Source of the DNA: an uncultured Acidobacteriota bacterium
Lineage (GTDB): Bacteria; Acidobacteriota; Blastocatellia; RBC074
DNA: 64,000 bases
Assembly (NCBI GenBank): GCA_963796275.1
Contig: CAWCKY010000006.1
Location: 1,056,001-1,120,000, forward strand
Direction: 5' to 3'
Within the stretch, counting starts at the first letter, position 1; every line of letters begins with the position of its first letter. The notes beneath the pieces were generated by a model. That model did not search any database. It was not told where the DNA came from and was given only the letters and a program-made list of their open reading frames with translations. The translations under genes and the position numbers were made by a program. Shown here in pieces: positions 10,480 to 20,612 of the stretch.

Positions 10480-11793
10480 ATGAAAATAAGTATTTTCGGA
10501 CTGGGTTATGTTGGTTGTGTTTCGGCAGCGTGTCTTGCCAAAGCCGGGCACCAGGTCATCGGAGTCGACGTCAGTCCATTAAAGGTCGAGATAATCAACA
10601 GCGGTCGCAGCCCGGTCGTCGAACCTGGGGTGCAGGAACTGATCGCGGAGGCTGCCGATAAGGGATTGCTGAAAGCTACGATGGACCCCGGAATTGCAAT
10701 CGCAGAGTCGGATATCTCGCTTGTATGCGTCGGCACCCCCAGCAATCACAACGGCAGTCTCGATCTGACCTATGTCAAGGACGCCTGCCGCCAGATAGGG
10801 GCGGCGCTGGAGGCGAAACGCAATTACCACCTGATCGCTATCCGGAGCACGATGCTTCCCGGGACGATCACGGATGTAGTTATTCCGACGCTCGAAGCCT
10901 ATTCAAAAAAGCGGGCGGGCCGGGATTTCGGTGTCGCGATCAATCCCGAGTTCTTGCGCGAGGGGACTTCCATCCAGGACTTCAACAATCCGCCCTTCAC
11001 TCTGATCGGCGCGGATGACGATGACGCCATCGATCCTTTGCGCAAGCTATACGCGCAGTTGAGCGCGCCGGTCCTGACCGTCGGATTGCGAGAGGCGGAG
11101 ATGGTCAAATACGCCTGCAACTGTTTCCATGCGGTGAAAGTTACTTTCGCCAACGAAATCGGGATCATTAGCAAAGCGCTGGGGGTGGATAGTCACCGAG
11201 TTATGGAGGTCTTCTGTCAGGATACCAAGCTCAACCTGTCGCCATACTATCTCAAGCCGGGCTTCGCCTTCGGCGGTTCCTGTCTTCCCAAAGACCTGCG
11301 AGCATTGACTCATAAGGCCAGGGAAAAAGACCTCGAACTGCCGATGCTCAATTCCATCCTCCCGAGCAATCGGCGGCAGATCGAGCGCGCAATCGAGATG
11401 GTTCTTCGGACGGGCCGCCGTAACGTCGGGATATTAGGGCTCAGTTTCAAACCGAACACCGACGATCTGCGTGAGAGCCCGATCGTGACGCTGGTCGAAC
11501 AGTTGCTGGGCAAAGGAATGAAACTCGCGATCTATGACCGTGAGGTCGAGCTTGCCAAGTTGTTCGGCGCGAACAAAAACTACATCGAGCGCGAAATTCC
11601 CCATATCTCCTCCCTCATCTACCCCAACCTCGCAGACGTCATCCAATCCTCCGAAGTGATCATTATCGGCAAAAGGGATGAGGAGTTCCGCAAACTTCTA
11701 GACCTGCCCGATAACAATCGAGTGATCATCGACCTGGTGAGGATGATCGAACCCGAGAAGGGCAACGAAAATTATCAGGGGTTGTGCTGGTGA
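10480..11793 (+). CDS. UDP-glucose/GDP-mannose dehydrogenase family protein
   Basis: GLGYVG, CVGTP, NPEFLREG, FGGSCLPKD and FKPNTDDLRESP. Confidence 0.93.
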   Translation: MKISIFGLGYVGCVSAACLAKAGHQVIGVDVSPLKVEIINSGRSPVVEPGVQELIAEAADKGLLKATMDPGIAIAESDISLVCVGTPSNHNGSLDLTYVKDACRQIGAALEAKRNYHLIAIRSTMLPGTITDVVIPTLEAYSKKRAGRDFGVAINPEFLREGTSIQDFNNPPFTLIGADDDDAIDPLRKLYAQLSAPVLTVGLREAEMVKYACNCFHAVKVTFANEIGIISKALGVDSHRVMEVFCQDTKLNLSPYYLKPGFAFGGSCLPKDLRALTHKAREKDLELPMLNSILPSNRRQIERAIEMVLRTGRRNVGILGLSFKPNTDDLRESPIVTLVEQLLGKGMKLAIYDREVELAKLFGANKNYIEREIPHISSLIYPNLADVIQSSEVIIIGKRDEEFRKLLDLPDNNRVIIDLVRMIEPEKGNENYQGLCW

Positions 11794-11859
11794 AATATTA
11801 GCGGGTCACTGCCCTATCCCCGAAAGTTTTTACCAGTTATTGTCACTCTTATTTGAGGC

Positions 11860-13551
11860 ATGAAATACAATAATAAATTCTCAATAATTATCGCGCTATT
11901 GATAGCTGTCTTTGTATCGGTGAACTGCCGTCTCCTGCCATCGCAGGCTGCGAGCACATTGACCGAGGATGAGCTCAGGAGTATGGAGAAACGGGCCAAT
12001 CCGGCGACCGAGGTCTCTGGGAGAGAGCCGGAGTTGCCTCGCGTCTTTCTGGATACGACCTATAAACAGCCGGCGCGTGCCCCCAAACAGATCGCTGCGG
12101 GCGATGATCTACAAGCGGCGCTCAATACAGCGAAGCCGGGCGATGTGCTGTCGCTCCAAGCGGGGGCTACATTTACGGGAAACTTCACACTGCCGGCGAA
12201 AGCGGGATCCGAGTGGATCATCGTGCGCACTTCCGCTTCGGACAGCAGCCTGCCGCCACCGGGCGTCCGCATCACTCCGGCCCATTCGAAATTGATGGCC
12301 AAAATCATGACTCCTAATGGGCAGTCCGCGTTGACGACCGATGAAGGCGCGCATCATTTCCGGTTTATCGGTATCGAATTCACGGTGGCCTCCGGGGTCA
12401 AGCAGGCGAACAGCCTGATTATCCTGGGCGACGGGCCGACTTCTCTGGCGCAATTACCGCACAACCTGATTTTTGACCGGGTCTACATCCACGGTAATCC
12501 TACTCTCACGTTGCGCCGCGGGGTTATGCTCAACAGCGCGTCGACGGCATTCATCGATTCTCATATTTCGGACTGTCATGAGAATGGAGCGGACTCACAG
12601 GCGATAGTCGGTTTTAGCGGGCCGGGCCCGTTTAAGATCGTCAATAACTATCTGGAAGGCGCCGGCGAGAACGTAATGTTCGGGGGCGCCGAGCCGACGA
12701 TAAAAAACCTCGTGCCGTCCGACATTGAGTTCAGACTCAACCACTGTTTCAAACCGCTTTCGTGGAAAGTCGGTGATCCGAGTTACGCCGGACGAAAATG
12801 GTCGGTCAAAAACCTTTTTGAGTTGAAGAACGCCCAGCGGGTGTTGGTCACGGGCAACGTCTTCGAGAATAACTGGGCCGATGCCCAGAATGGCTTCGCA
12901 ATTCTGTTCACACCGCGCGGTCACGGCGCGCCGTGGTCGGTGGTCCAGGATGTGACCTTCACCAATAATATAATTCGTCATTCGGGCGGCGGATTTAACA
13001 TCAGCGGCCGCGATGATAACGAGCCGAGCCTGCCTACGAAACGCATCCGAATCAGCAACAATCTTTTAGAAGACTTGAATGGTTCGCGATGGGGTAACGG
13101 CACGGGTAGATTCTTCCAAGCCGTCCTGGGGCCGAGTTTCCTTACGATCGAGCACAATACCGCATTTCAGAGTAATCACATCGCTGTGTTCGATTCTTCT
13201 CCGCCGGGGGAGCACTTCATATTTCAAAATAACATCGTGCTAAACAATGAATATGGTTTGTTTGGCTCAGGTGTGGGGCAGGGGACTGCGGCGCTCGAAA
13301 AATACTTCCCGGGCTATGTATTCCGCAGGAATGTGATTATCGGCGGTTCGAGCAAGCTTTATCCGCAGGATAATTTTTTCCCCGGGAGCATCGATGATGT
13401 GAAGTTCATCGATCAGAAAAGCGGCAACTATCGGCTGGCTTCGGGCAGCCCTTTTTCGAATCGAGGCACCTCGGGGAAAAATATCGGTTGCGATTTCAAT
13501 CTTCTCGAATCTGCGCTCTCGGGAAAATCGGCTGACGAAGGTGGTAAATAA
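11860..13551 (+). CDS. Secreted right-handed parallel beta-helix protein (pectate-lyase-like fold)
   Basis: N-terminal signal peptide, LQAALNTAKPGDVL opening motif, and repeated Asn-ladder strands (IVNNYL, VTGNVFENN, FTNNII, IEHNT). Confidence 0.7.
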   Translation: MKYNNKFSIIIALLIAVFVSVNCRLLPSQAASTLTEDELRSMEKRANPATEVSGREPELPRVFLDTTYKQPARAPKQIAAGDDLQAALNTAKPGDVLSLQAGATFTGNFTLPAKAGSEWIIVRTSASDSSLPPPGVRITPAHSKLMAKIMTPNGQSALTTDEGAHHFRFIGIEFTVASGVKQANSLIILGDGPTSLAQLPHNLIFDRVYIHGNPTLTLRRGVMLNSASTAFIDSHISDCHENGADSQAIVGFSGPGPFKIVNNYLEGAGENVMFGGAEPTIKNLVPSDIEFRLNHCFKPLSWKVGDPSYAGRKWSVKNLFELKNAQRVLVTGNVFENNWADAQNGFAILFTPRGHGAPWSVVQDVTFTNNIIRHSGGGFNISGRDDNEPSLPTKRIRISNNLLEDLNGSRWGNGTGRFFQAVLGPSFLTIEHNTAFQSNHIAVFDSSPPGEHFIFQNNIVLNNEYGLFGSGVGQGTAALEKYFPGYVFRRNVIIGGSSKLYPQDNFFPGSIDDVKFIDQKSGNYRLASGSPFSNRGTSGKNIGCDFNLLESALSGKSADEGGK

Positions 13552-13672
13552 AATATTTGTATTTATTTTTGTTATCAGAGTACAACCTAAAATTCAGAAG
13601 ATGTTATCTAAGCAATGGCGGCCAAATTTGGGTTAAATCCGCAGCATAACAATTTTAGGTATTCTCAAAATA

Positions 13673-15205
13673 ATGGAAACGACGATCACAACAACTCATC
13701 ATCTACAGGTGCGGACGATTACCAGCATACTGGTGCTACCGGTTGTCGTCTTAATCGGACTGTTTTATCTCCTGACTATCAGGCAAGGTCACGCGTGGGG
13801 TGATGATTTCAGCATGTATATTCACCACGCGAAGAATATCTCGGCAGGCGTTCCTTACGGGCAGACGGGGTATATCTACAATCCATACCTTCACCACTAT
13901 TATGCCAATCAAGCACAAATCGGCCCGCAAACATATCCGCCGGTCGTTCCGCTGTTGCTGACGCCGATCTATTATTTCTGGGGATTGAACCTGAATGCTT
14001 TCAAGATAGGACTTATCCTGACCTTTCTCCTGGCCTTAATCGTCAATGCGCAAGCCTTTAAAAATTATATCTCTCCGCTCTGGCTGGCTGCTTTGATCGG
14101 CATCATCGGATTTAACCCGTTTCTCTGGCAATTTAAAGATAATATAGTTTCAGATATCCCATTCCTGTTTTTCATTTACCTGAGCCTCTTCTCAATCCAG
14201 CATGCCTACGAATCCGCTGAGGCTCGAGGAAAGTTAGGTGCTCTGCTGGTTGCGCTTTCGATCTACCTGGCTTATGGAACCAGGAGCATCGGCATATTAT
14301 TGATTCCATGTCTGTTGATATACGACTATATAAATAATCGTAGGGTAACCGCATTCGCCATTCAGGTTGTTGCTTTTGCGGGTGGACTGATACTTCTCCA
14401 AAATCTTTTACTTCACAGTGACAGCACTTATGCCGATCACCTGGGTTTCGGCATAAGCGTTGTCATTCATCATCTCAAAGAGTACCCCAAGGCGCTCTCT
14501 GAATTCTGGTTGAACGGTTACAACAAGCCTTTTCGGATCGTTCTTTTTGCATTCGTTTCCATCTTTGCAATATTGGGTTATTTCATATGTCTCAGACGAA
14601 GGATCGGCTGTTTCGAGATTTTCTTTGCGATCTATCTGGCCGCCATCTTGGTTCTCCCGGTCTATGATGGGATCAGATTTCTCATGCCGGTCATTCCCCT
14701 CTATCTGTTATATGCCCTGGTCGGAATAAAAGAAATATTTCGCGATAGGGCGCGTGTAAGAAGGCCGGTCTTTGCTGCGCTGATGGCGGCTATAGCTCTA
14801 ACTTATACTGGGCAGTATACGAAGATGGAATTCGGTCCGATAAGAGAAGGAGTTGTTAAAAGCGAGGCGCAGCAGTTTTTTACTTATGTTAGGGAGAAAA
14901 CGGGAGACCATGACACTTTCGTCTTCCGCAAGCCCAGAGCTCTGACGTTGTTTACGGGAAGGAGCGCCTCCGCCTGGCATAAGCCAGCGGACGATCAGGC
15001 GCTGTGGAATTACTTCCGGGAGATCAATGCTACATTCCTTGTCCTCGGGCCTGATGGGATTGAGCCGGAGGACCAGGAGTATTTAAGCCGTTTCATCGGA
15101 AGAAATGGCGATCGGCTTGAGAAAACCTATTCCAACGTGGATTTTGAAGTCTATCGCATAAAAGGTACAGGCAATGTCGTAAGTGACGATGTCCGGAAAC
15201 CGTGA
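13673..15205 (+). CDS. Polytopic GT-C-fold (PMT/ArnT-like) membrane glycosyltransferase
   Basis: GDDFSMY acidic motif after TM1, YPP motif, ~10 hydrophobic segments, RFLMP and a soluble C-terminal domain. Confidence 0.65.
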   Translation: METTITTTHHLQVRTITSILVLPVVVLIGLFYLLTIRQGHAWGDDFSMYIHHAKNISAGVPYGQTGYIYNPYLHHYYANQAQIGPQTYPPVVPLLLTPIYYFWGLNLNAFKIGLILTFLLALIVNAQAFKNYISPLWLAALIGIIGFNPFLWQFKDNIVSDIPFLFFIYLSLFSIQHAYESAEARGKLGALLVALSIYLAYGTRSIGILLIPCLLIYDYINNRRVTAFAIQVVAFAGGLILLQNLLLHSDSTYADHLGFGISVVIHHLKEYPKALSEFWLNGYNKPFRIVLFAFVSIFAILGYFICLRRRIGCFEIFFAIYLAAILVLPVYDGIRFLMPVIPLYLLYALVGIKEIFRDRARVRRPVFAALMAAIALTYTGQYTKMEFGPIREGVVKSEAQQFFTYVREKTGDHDTFVFRKPRALTLFTGRSASAWHKPADDQALWNYFREINATFLVLGPDGIEPEDQEYLSRFIGRNGDRLEKTYSNVDFEVYRIKGTGNVVSDDVRKP

Positions 15206-15217
15206 AAACCATGAAGA

Positions 15218-15278
15218 TGTAGGGCGGATTTCCTGACGGGCCCCGAATCCGCACCGGAGGCAGGTTGGAAAATCTGCC
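15218..15278. repeat. Degenerate REP-like doublet
   Basis: GTAGGGCGGATTTCC...AATCCGC followed by GGCAGGTTGGAAAATCTGCC hairpin, intergenic. Confidence 0.4.
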
Positions 15279-15302
15279 ATCCGGCATATCCGAGGAGATA
15301 CG

Positions 15303-16364
15303 ATGAGTTCGAAATCGAGTAATGAAAACCTGGCAGGGCGTTTCACTAAGCCTGTCATAGAAATCTTCTCCACCTGCCCGCAATCGAGCCAGGTTTCTGA
15401 AGAAGACTATCTCAAGAACGTTGCCGATGTCGCGCGCTGGAGCGAGCAGTACGGTTGTAAAGGTATTCTTGTATATACGGATAATTCACTCATCGACGCC
15501 TGGCTGGTTTCTCAGTTGATTATTCAGAGCACTAGCGCTTTGTGCCCGCTCGTGGCGGTCCAGCCCGTCTATATGCACCCTTACACGGTGGCCAAAATGG
15601 CAGCCAGTTACGGATACCTCTACAATCGTCGGATCTTCCTCAATATGGTAGCAGGCGGGTTCAAGAATGACCTGACAGCTCTCAATGATACGACTCCGCA
15701 TGACAGAAGATACGACCGGATGATCGAATACGTCCACATCATCAAAAAGCTCCTCGCCGATCCAAACGGGATCAGCTTCGAGGGGGAGTTTTACAAGGTT
15801 GACAAACTGAAGATGACGCCTTCTCTGTCATCTGAGCTATTCCCCGGCATTTTCGTTTCGGGATCATCCGAAGCCGGGCTGGTAGCTGCCAAAGCGATGG
15901 GAGCGACGGCGGTCAAGTATCCGAAACCTCCGGGCGAGTATGAGAATGAGCCGCCGGAAGAGATGATAGGTTCCGGCGTTCGTGTCGGTATCATCACACG
16001 AGAGGGTGAGGATGATGCTTGGCGCGTCGCGCACGAGCGGTTCCCGCAGGACCGCAAAGGCGAGCTGACCCACCAGCTTGCCATGAAAGTTTCAGACTCC
16101 GTCTGGCATAAACAGCTCTCGGACCTGGGAAAGACGGTTGAGAACAATCCGTACTGGCTCGTGCCGTTCCAGCATTACAAAACTTTTTGCCCGTATCTGG
16201 TCGGCAGTTACACCAAAGTGGCTGCTGAGTTGACACGTTACATCGACCTGGGATTTCACACCTTTATCCTGGATATCCCCCCGAACGAGGAAGAGCTCTA
16301 CCACATCGGAACGGTTTTCAAACTGGCGATCGAAAAAACAGCAGTGAAGGGAGTGGCGTCGTGA
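15303..16364 (+). CDS. LLM-class flavin-dependent oxidoreductase (luciferase-like, SsuD-related)
   Basis: PLVAVQP, TVAKMAAS, RIFLNMVAG, FEGEFY, SGSSEAG and YLVGSY..VA..L..Y. Confidence 0.85.
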   Translation: MSSKSSNENLAGRFTKPVIEIFSTCPQSSQVSEEDYLKNVADVARWSEQYGCKGILVYTDNSLIDAWLVSQLIIQSTSALCPLVAVQPVYMHPYTVAKMAASYGYLYNRRIFLNMVAGGFKNDLTALNDTTPHDRRYDRMIEYVHIIKKLLADPNGISFEGEFYKVDKLKMTPSLSSELFPGIFVSGSSEAGLVAAKAMGATAVKYPKPPGEYENEPPEEMIGSGVRVGIITREGEDDAWRVAHERFPQDRKGELTHQLAMKVSDSVWHKQLSDLGKTVENNPYWLVPFQHYKTFCPYLVGSYTKVAAELTRYIDLGFHTFILDIPPNEEELYHIGTVFKLAIEKTAVKGVAS

Positions 16365-17971
16365 ACTCGTTGTTACAGCAACTCGTAACCAGACAGGCGG
16401 AAAAATGCCCGGATCAGACGGCGATCGTTTATCAGAAACAGCGGATGACTTACGCCGAGCTGGAAGAAACATCGAACCAGTTGGGACGTCTTTTGAAGGA
16501 GGCCGGATGCCGAAGAGGTGACCGCGTCTGCTTCCTGATCCCCAAAACCCCGGCGGCAATCACAACTATCCTGGGCATTCTCAAAGCCGACTGCGTCTAT
16601 GTTCCTCTCGATACGGCTAGCCCGGTTCCGCGACTGGAGAAGATCGTCGATGCATGCAATCCTCGTTGCATCATCGCCGGTGGAGCGGTTGATTCGCTGC
16701 TGGATGGATTAATGGCCGATGAGTCGCGCCGCAACGGGACGAAGCTCGGGTGGATGGGTGAAGGGGGGAGCCACAAGCTCAAGCCACAGTTTACCCGTGA
16801 AGACCTCAGCGCTTACTCGAGCGCGCCCTTGGATTACGAGAACTCGATGAGCGATGCCGCTCATCTCCTTTTCACTTCCGGCTCGACGGGAGTGCCCAAG
16901 GGAGTTGTCATCACCCATTCCAACGTAATCACCTTCATCGAGTGGGCAGTGAAGTATTTCGGAACAAAATCATCGGACAAGATATCGAGTCATCCCCCGC
17001 TGCATTTCGATCTTTCGACTTTCGATATCTACGGTACATTATCATCCGGGGCACAGCTTCACATCGTCCCAACCGAGTTGAACCTGGTGCCGCACAAATT
17101 GGCCGATTTCATCCGCGCTTCCGAGCTGACACAGTGGTTCTCGGTGCCTTCGGTATTGAACTTCATGGCGAAAGCCGATGTCATCAAATTCGATGACTTT
17201 CCGTCACTGGAACGGCTGCTCTGGTGTGGAGAAGTATTTCCGACGCCTCCGCTGATTTACTGGATGAAGCGGCTCCCGCGCGTTAAATTCACTAATCTCT
17301 ACGGGCCGACGGAGGCTACGATTGCGAGTAGCTACTATAGCGTGCCCGCCTGCCCCGACGATGAACGGGCGCAGATACCGATCGGGTTGCCATGCGACGG
17401 TGAGGATTTGCATGTCCTGGATGAGGAATTGAAACCATTGCCTCACGGCGAAATAGGCGATCTCTATATCAGCGGCGCCGGATTAAGTCCAGGCTATTGG
17501 CAGGATCAGGAGAAGACCGGTGCCGTATTTTTGCGGCGCCCCGGCAGCACGGATCCGAACGATCGCATTTACAAGACCGGGGACCTGGCGAAGCTCGGTG
17601 AAGACGGCCTGGTTTATTATCTAGGGAGGGCCGACTCGCAGATCAAGAGCCGCGGATACCGCATCGAGCTGGGTGAGATCGAGACGGCTCTCAATGCCCT
17701 CAATATCACAGAGGAATGCGCGATAGTTGCGATCAATACGGAAGGCTTCGAAGGCGTGGCGATCTGCTGCGCTTACGTGCCATTTCAAAACGCGGATGCA
17801 TCACCGGTAAAGTTGCGCACAGAACTGAGTAAGGTGTTGCCCGGTTATATGTTGCCCGGGCGTTGGCTGCCGTTTGAGCGCTTGCCCAAGAATGCAAATG
17901 GGAAGATCGACAGGAAAGTACTGAGAGAACAGTTTCAACAAGAGGCAAAACAAACAGGAGAATCTGGCTGA
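16361..17971 (+). CDS. Stand-alone amino-acid adenylation enzyme (DltA-like)
   Basis: FTSGSTGVPKG, FDLSTFD, WCGE, NLYGPTEAT, YKTGD, QIKSRGYRIELGEIE and PKNANGKIDRK; GTGA overlap with upstream stop. Confidence 0.9.
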   Translation: MNSLLQQLVTRQAEKCPDQTAIVYQKQRMTYAELEETSNQLGRLLKEAGCRRGDRVCFLIPKTPAAITTILGILKADCVYVPLDTASPVPRLEKIVDACNPRCIIAGGAVDSLLDGLMADESRRNGTKLGWMGEGGSHKLKPQFTREDLSAYSSAPLDYENSMSDAAHLLFTSGSTGVPKGVVITHSNVITFIEWAVKYFGTKSSDKISSHPPLHFDLSTFDIYGTLSSGAQLHIVPTELNLVPHKLADFIRASELTQWFSVPSVLNFMAKADVIKFDDFPSLERLLWCGEVFPTPPLIYWMKRLPRVKFTNLYGPTEATIASSYYSVPACPDDERAQIPIGLPCDGEDLHVLDEELKPLPHGEIGDLYISGAGLSPGYWQDQEKTGAVFLRRPGSTDPNDRIYKTGDLAKLGEDGLVYYLGRADSQIKSRGYRIELGEIETALNALNITEECAIVAINTEGFEGVAICCAYVPFQNADASPVKLRTELSKVLPGYMLPGRWLPFERLPKNANGKIDRKVLREQFQQEAKQTGESG

Positions 17972-18184
17972 AGCGGGCATGTTCATAAAATAATGAAGTC
18001 ACCAGTTTGCTATTGATATCTTGATATAGGCAAGGCATTTCACCTCCGAGTGCAGAAGGCCAAATAAACCTTGGCGCCTCGGTTGTGAATCGGATCTGGT
18101 TCCGGGTTTTCCCGACGTCACTGGTAGCGAATAGTTTAAATTTGCAAATGCCTCAGCTGGATAGCGATAATTATCGGGGGACAC

Positions 18185-19132
18185 TTGAACGTATTATTGG
18201 TTGGCGAAGAGTCGGCCGGAGCCCAGACGCTGAAATTATTGGCGAATAGCTCCTATAAACTTGTGGGGGTAATGGCTTCGCCGACCAGAAAGAGTGCGGG
18301 CGGGCTGACGGTGTGGCAACTCGCCGAGAAAATGGGTTACCGCACCTGGCCGGCTGAACTGGTTAAAGACCCTGATTTTGCCGATGTGGTCAGATCTGAG
18401 AAGGTTGATTTACTGCTCAACGTTCATTCGTTATTCGTTATAAAAGGAGAGATAGTCTCAGCCCCTCGTTACGGCAGCTATAACCTGCACCCCGGCCCAC
18501 TTCCGCGTTATGCAGGTCTTAACGCGCCCAGCTGGGCGATCTACCGAGGTGAACGAGGGCACGGAGTAACGTTACACAGGATGCTGGCAGGTATAGATAC
18601 CGGAACGATCGCGTATCGGGCGCTCTTCGATATTGATGATAACGACACCGGGTTCTCAGTCAGCGCAAAGTGCATCAAGTTGGGAATGGAGCTGATCAAG
18701 AATCTGTTGGACGCGGCAGAGAGAGGCCCTGACCATATCCCGGCTATCGAGCAGGACTTCGCGCAGAGAGAGTATTTCGGTAGGGGAACGCCGGAAGAAG
18801 GTTGGATAGACTGGTCTCGACCCGCACGGGAGGTATTCAATTTCGTGCGGGCTGCCGACTATTCCCCATTCCAATCGCCCTGGCAAACCCCTCGCTCGAG
18901 ATTGGGAGACGAGGAGATCGGATTCGTAAAGGTAGCGCTAACCGGGCATGCGTGTGACGAGCAGCCCGGGACGATAGCCATTAAAGACGGGGAAGCAGTG
19001 AGGGTCTCATGCTCCGACGAATGGATTGATGTCAAGCGGGTTCAGAAGCAAGGAAAAATTTCAAACGCCATCGATCTGCTGCCGCCCGGGAGCAGATTGG
19101 AATGGGAGTCGGCTATAGCGACAAAAGTATGA
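18185..19132 (+). CDS. Formyltransferase (Fmt/ArnA-N-like, N10-formyl-THF dependent)
   Basis: NLHPGPLPRYAG, GVTLH and GIDTG, plus C-terminal IDWSRPA..V.NFVRA. Confidence 0.88.
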   Translation: MNVLLVGEESAGAQTLKLLANSSYKLVGVMASPTRKSAGGLTVWQLAEKMGYRTWPAELVKDPDFADVVRSEKVDLLLNVHSLFVIKGEIVSAPRYGSYNLHPGPLPRYAGLNAPSWAIYRGERGHGVTLHRMLAGIDTGTIAYRALFDIDDNDTGFSVSAKCIKLGMELIKNLLDAAERGPDHIPAIEQDFAQREYFGRGTPEEGWIDWSRPAREVFNFVRAADYSPFQSPWQTPRSRLGDEEIGFVKVALTGHACDEQPGTIAIKDGEAVRVSCSDEWIDVKRVQKQGKISNAIDLLPPGSRLEWESAIATKV

Positions 19133-19259
19133 CGTTAGCTCTGTTTATATGGATGAAAAGTGGAACAAAAACAACAAAAAAGGCGATCAAGTCATTAGGG
19201 ATTTTGTTGCCTCTTTTTCGTTATTTTTGCCTCCGTAATTGTTATGGAGAACTCGTTAA

Positions 19260-19505
19260 ATGGTAACCTTAAGCAATATTGAATTGCACGATAAAATCAC
19301 CAAGCTGCTATCAGAGAAGGTTCTTATAGAAGCATCATCGATTGAAACCGACCTTGTAGAGACTGGTTTACTCGACTCGCTCAAACTGGTGGAGTTGATG
19401 ACGAGCCTCGAAGATGAGTTCGGGATCACCATATCATTCGATGAGATAGAGATTGATAACTTTCGTTCCATCGCAAGTATTGCGGAGTATGTCAATCAGA
19501 GGTAG
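19260..19505 (+). CDS. Acyl/aminoacyl carrier protein (DltC-like)
   Basis: 81 aa acidic protein with phosphopantetheine motif GLLDSL, and LEDEFGI and NFRSIASIA. Confidence 0.9.
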   Translation: MVTLSNIELHDKITKLLSEKVLIEASSIETDLVETGLLDSLKLVELMTSLEDEFGITISFDEIEIDNFRSIASIAEYVNQR

Positions 19506-19521
19506 CAGAATGTGATTTGAA

Positions 19522-20547
19522 TTGAGACTGGAGGGGAAGGTGCGCGCAATTGGAACTGGAGTCTCGGTTGTAATACCGGCTTATAATGAAGAAAGAGGTG
19601 TGGGGCCACAGGTGGAGTCGATCCGGCTGGTTTTAACTTCGCACCGGATAAAACACGAAATCATAGTCGTTGACGATGGATCAGATGATCGCACGGCTGA
19701 GGAGGCTGTCAAAGCCGGCGCCCGCGTATTTCAGCATCTGAAGAACAGGGGGTACGGCGCATCACTCAAGACCGGTATTTTGGCGGCCAGCTACGAAGCG
19801 ATAGCCATCACGGACGCTGATGGCACTTATCCTTCCGACCAAATCCCTCCAATGCTGAAATTGCTCGAAACCGCGGATATGGTGGTCGGGGCGCGCACGG
19901 GTGATAGTGTGAGCATTCCGCTTCTGCGTAAGCCCGGCAAATTGTTCCTCGGATGGCTCGCCAACAGGATCGCCGGCCAGAAGATACCCGACCTGAATTC
20001 CGGGTTGCGCGTTTTCTGGCGTGAGTGCGCAGAGCAGTACTTTTCCGTACTGTCCAACAAGTTCTCATTCACAACTACCATTACTTTAGCGTTGCTGGCT
20101 GATGACTACCGGGTGTTATATCACCGCATTAATTATTACCGGCGAATCGGCAGATCAAAAATAATGCCCAGGCATTTTCTGGATTTCACTATCCTGGTGA
20201 TTCGCATGGCAATGCTATTTAAACCGCTCAGAGTTTTTGTTCCGATTGTGTGCACATCGGGGCTGGCGGGGGTTATCAAGGTCGCCTTTGACATCGCGGT
20301 GGCTGTAATGCGGAACGGAGGGCTCGGTTGGAGCTTATTCTCCGAGCCCGTTATCTCGACGTCCGCCTTACTGTTACTTTTAGGGAGTTACCAATTGTTA
20401 CTCATAGGTATGGTGGCTGACGGATTGATTCGGCGCATTGCGCGTCATAATCAACCGAGAGTGCTCTCGCATGGAATTTTGGTTGCTGAGATATCCAAGG
20501 GACGGCAATTCGAAGAACCAGCCTGTGCGAGCCAGACTGAGAAGTAA
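19522..20547 (+). CDS. Glycosyltransferase family 2 (polyprenol-phosphate sugar synthase-like) with C-terminal TM helices
   Basis: VVIPAYNEE, VVDDGSDD, NRGYGASLKTG, DADG and DLNSGLR. Confidence 0.9.
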   Translation: MRLEGKVRAIGTGVSVVIPAYNEERGVGPQVESIRLVLTSHRIKHEIIVVDDGSDDRTAEEAVKAGARVFQHLKNRGYGASLKTGILAASYEAIAITDADGTYPSDQIPPMLKLLETADMVVGARTGDSVSIPLLRKPGKLFLGWLANRIAGQKIPDLNSGLRVFWRECAEQYFSVLSNKFSFTTTITLALLADDYRVLYHRINYYRRIGRSKIMPRHFLDFTILVIRMAMLFKPLRVFVPIVCTSGLAGVIKVAFDIAVAVMRNGGLGWSLFSEPVISTSALLLLLGSYQLLLIGMVADGLIRRIARHNQPRVLSHGILVAEISKGRQFEEPACASQTEK

Positions 20548-20612
20548 GGAAGTAAACGAAGTAAATAGGATGAATCTCTAATCTTCACACCCAAGGGGTT
20601 CGAGACGGACGT

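Noticed and set aside
18185-19132. Housekeeping fmt
   Set aside because: Lacks the FMGTP N-terminal motif, has no def neighbour, and sits among glycan/carrier genes
16361-19505. Canonical NRPS cluster or true dltABCD operon
   Set aside because: No C/TE domains and no DltB/DltD in the window; context is glycan biosynthesis
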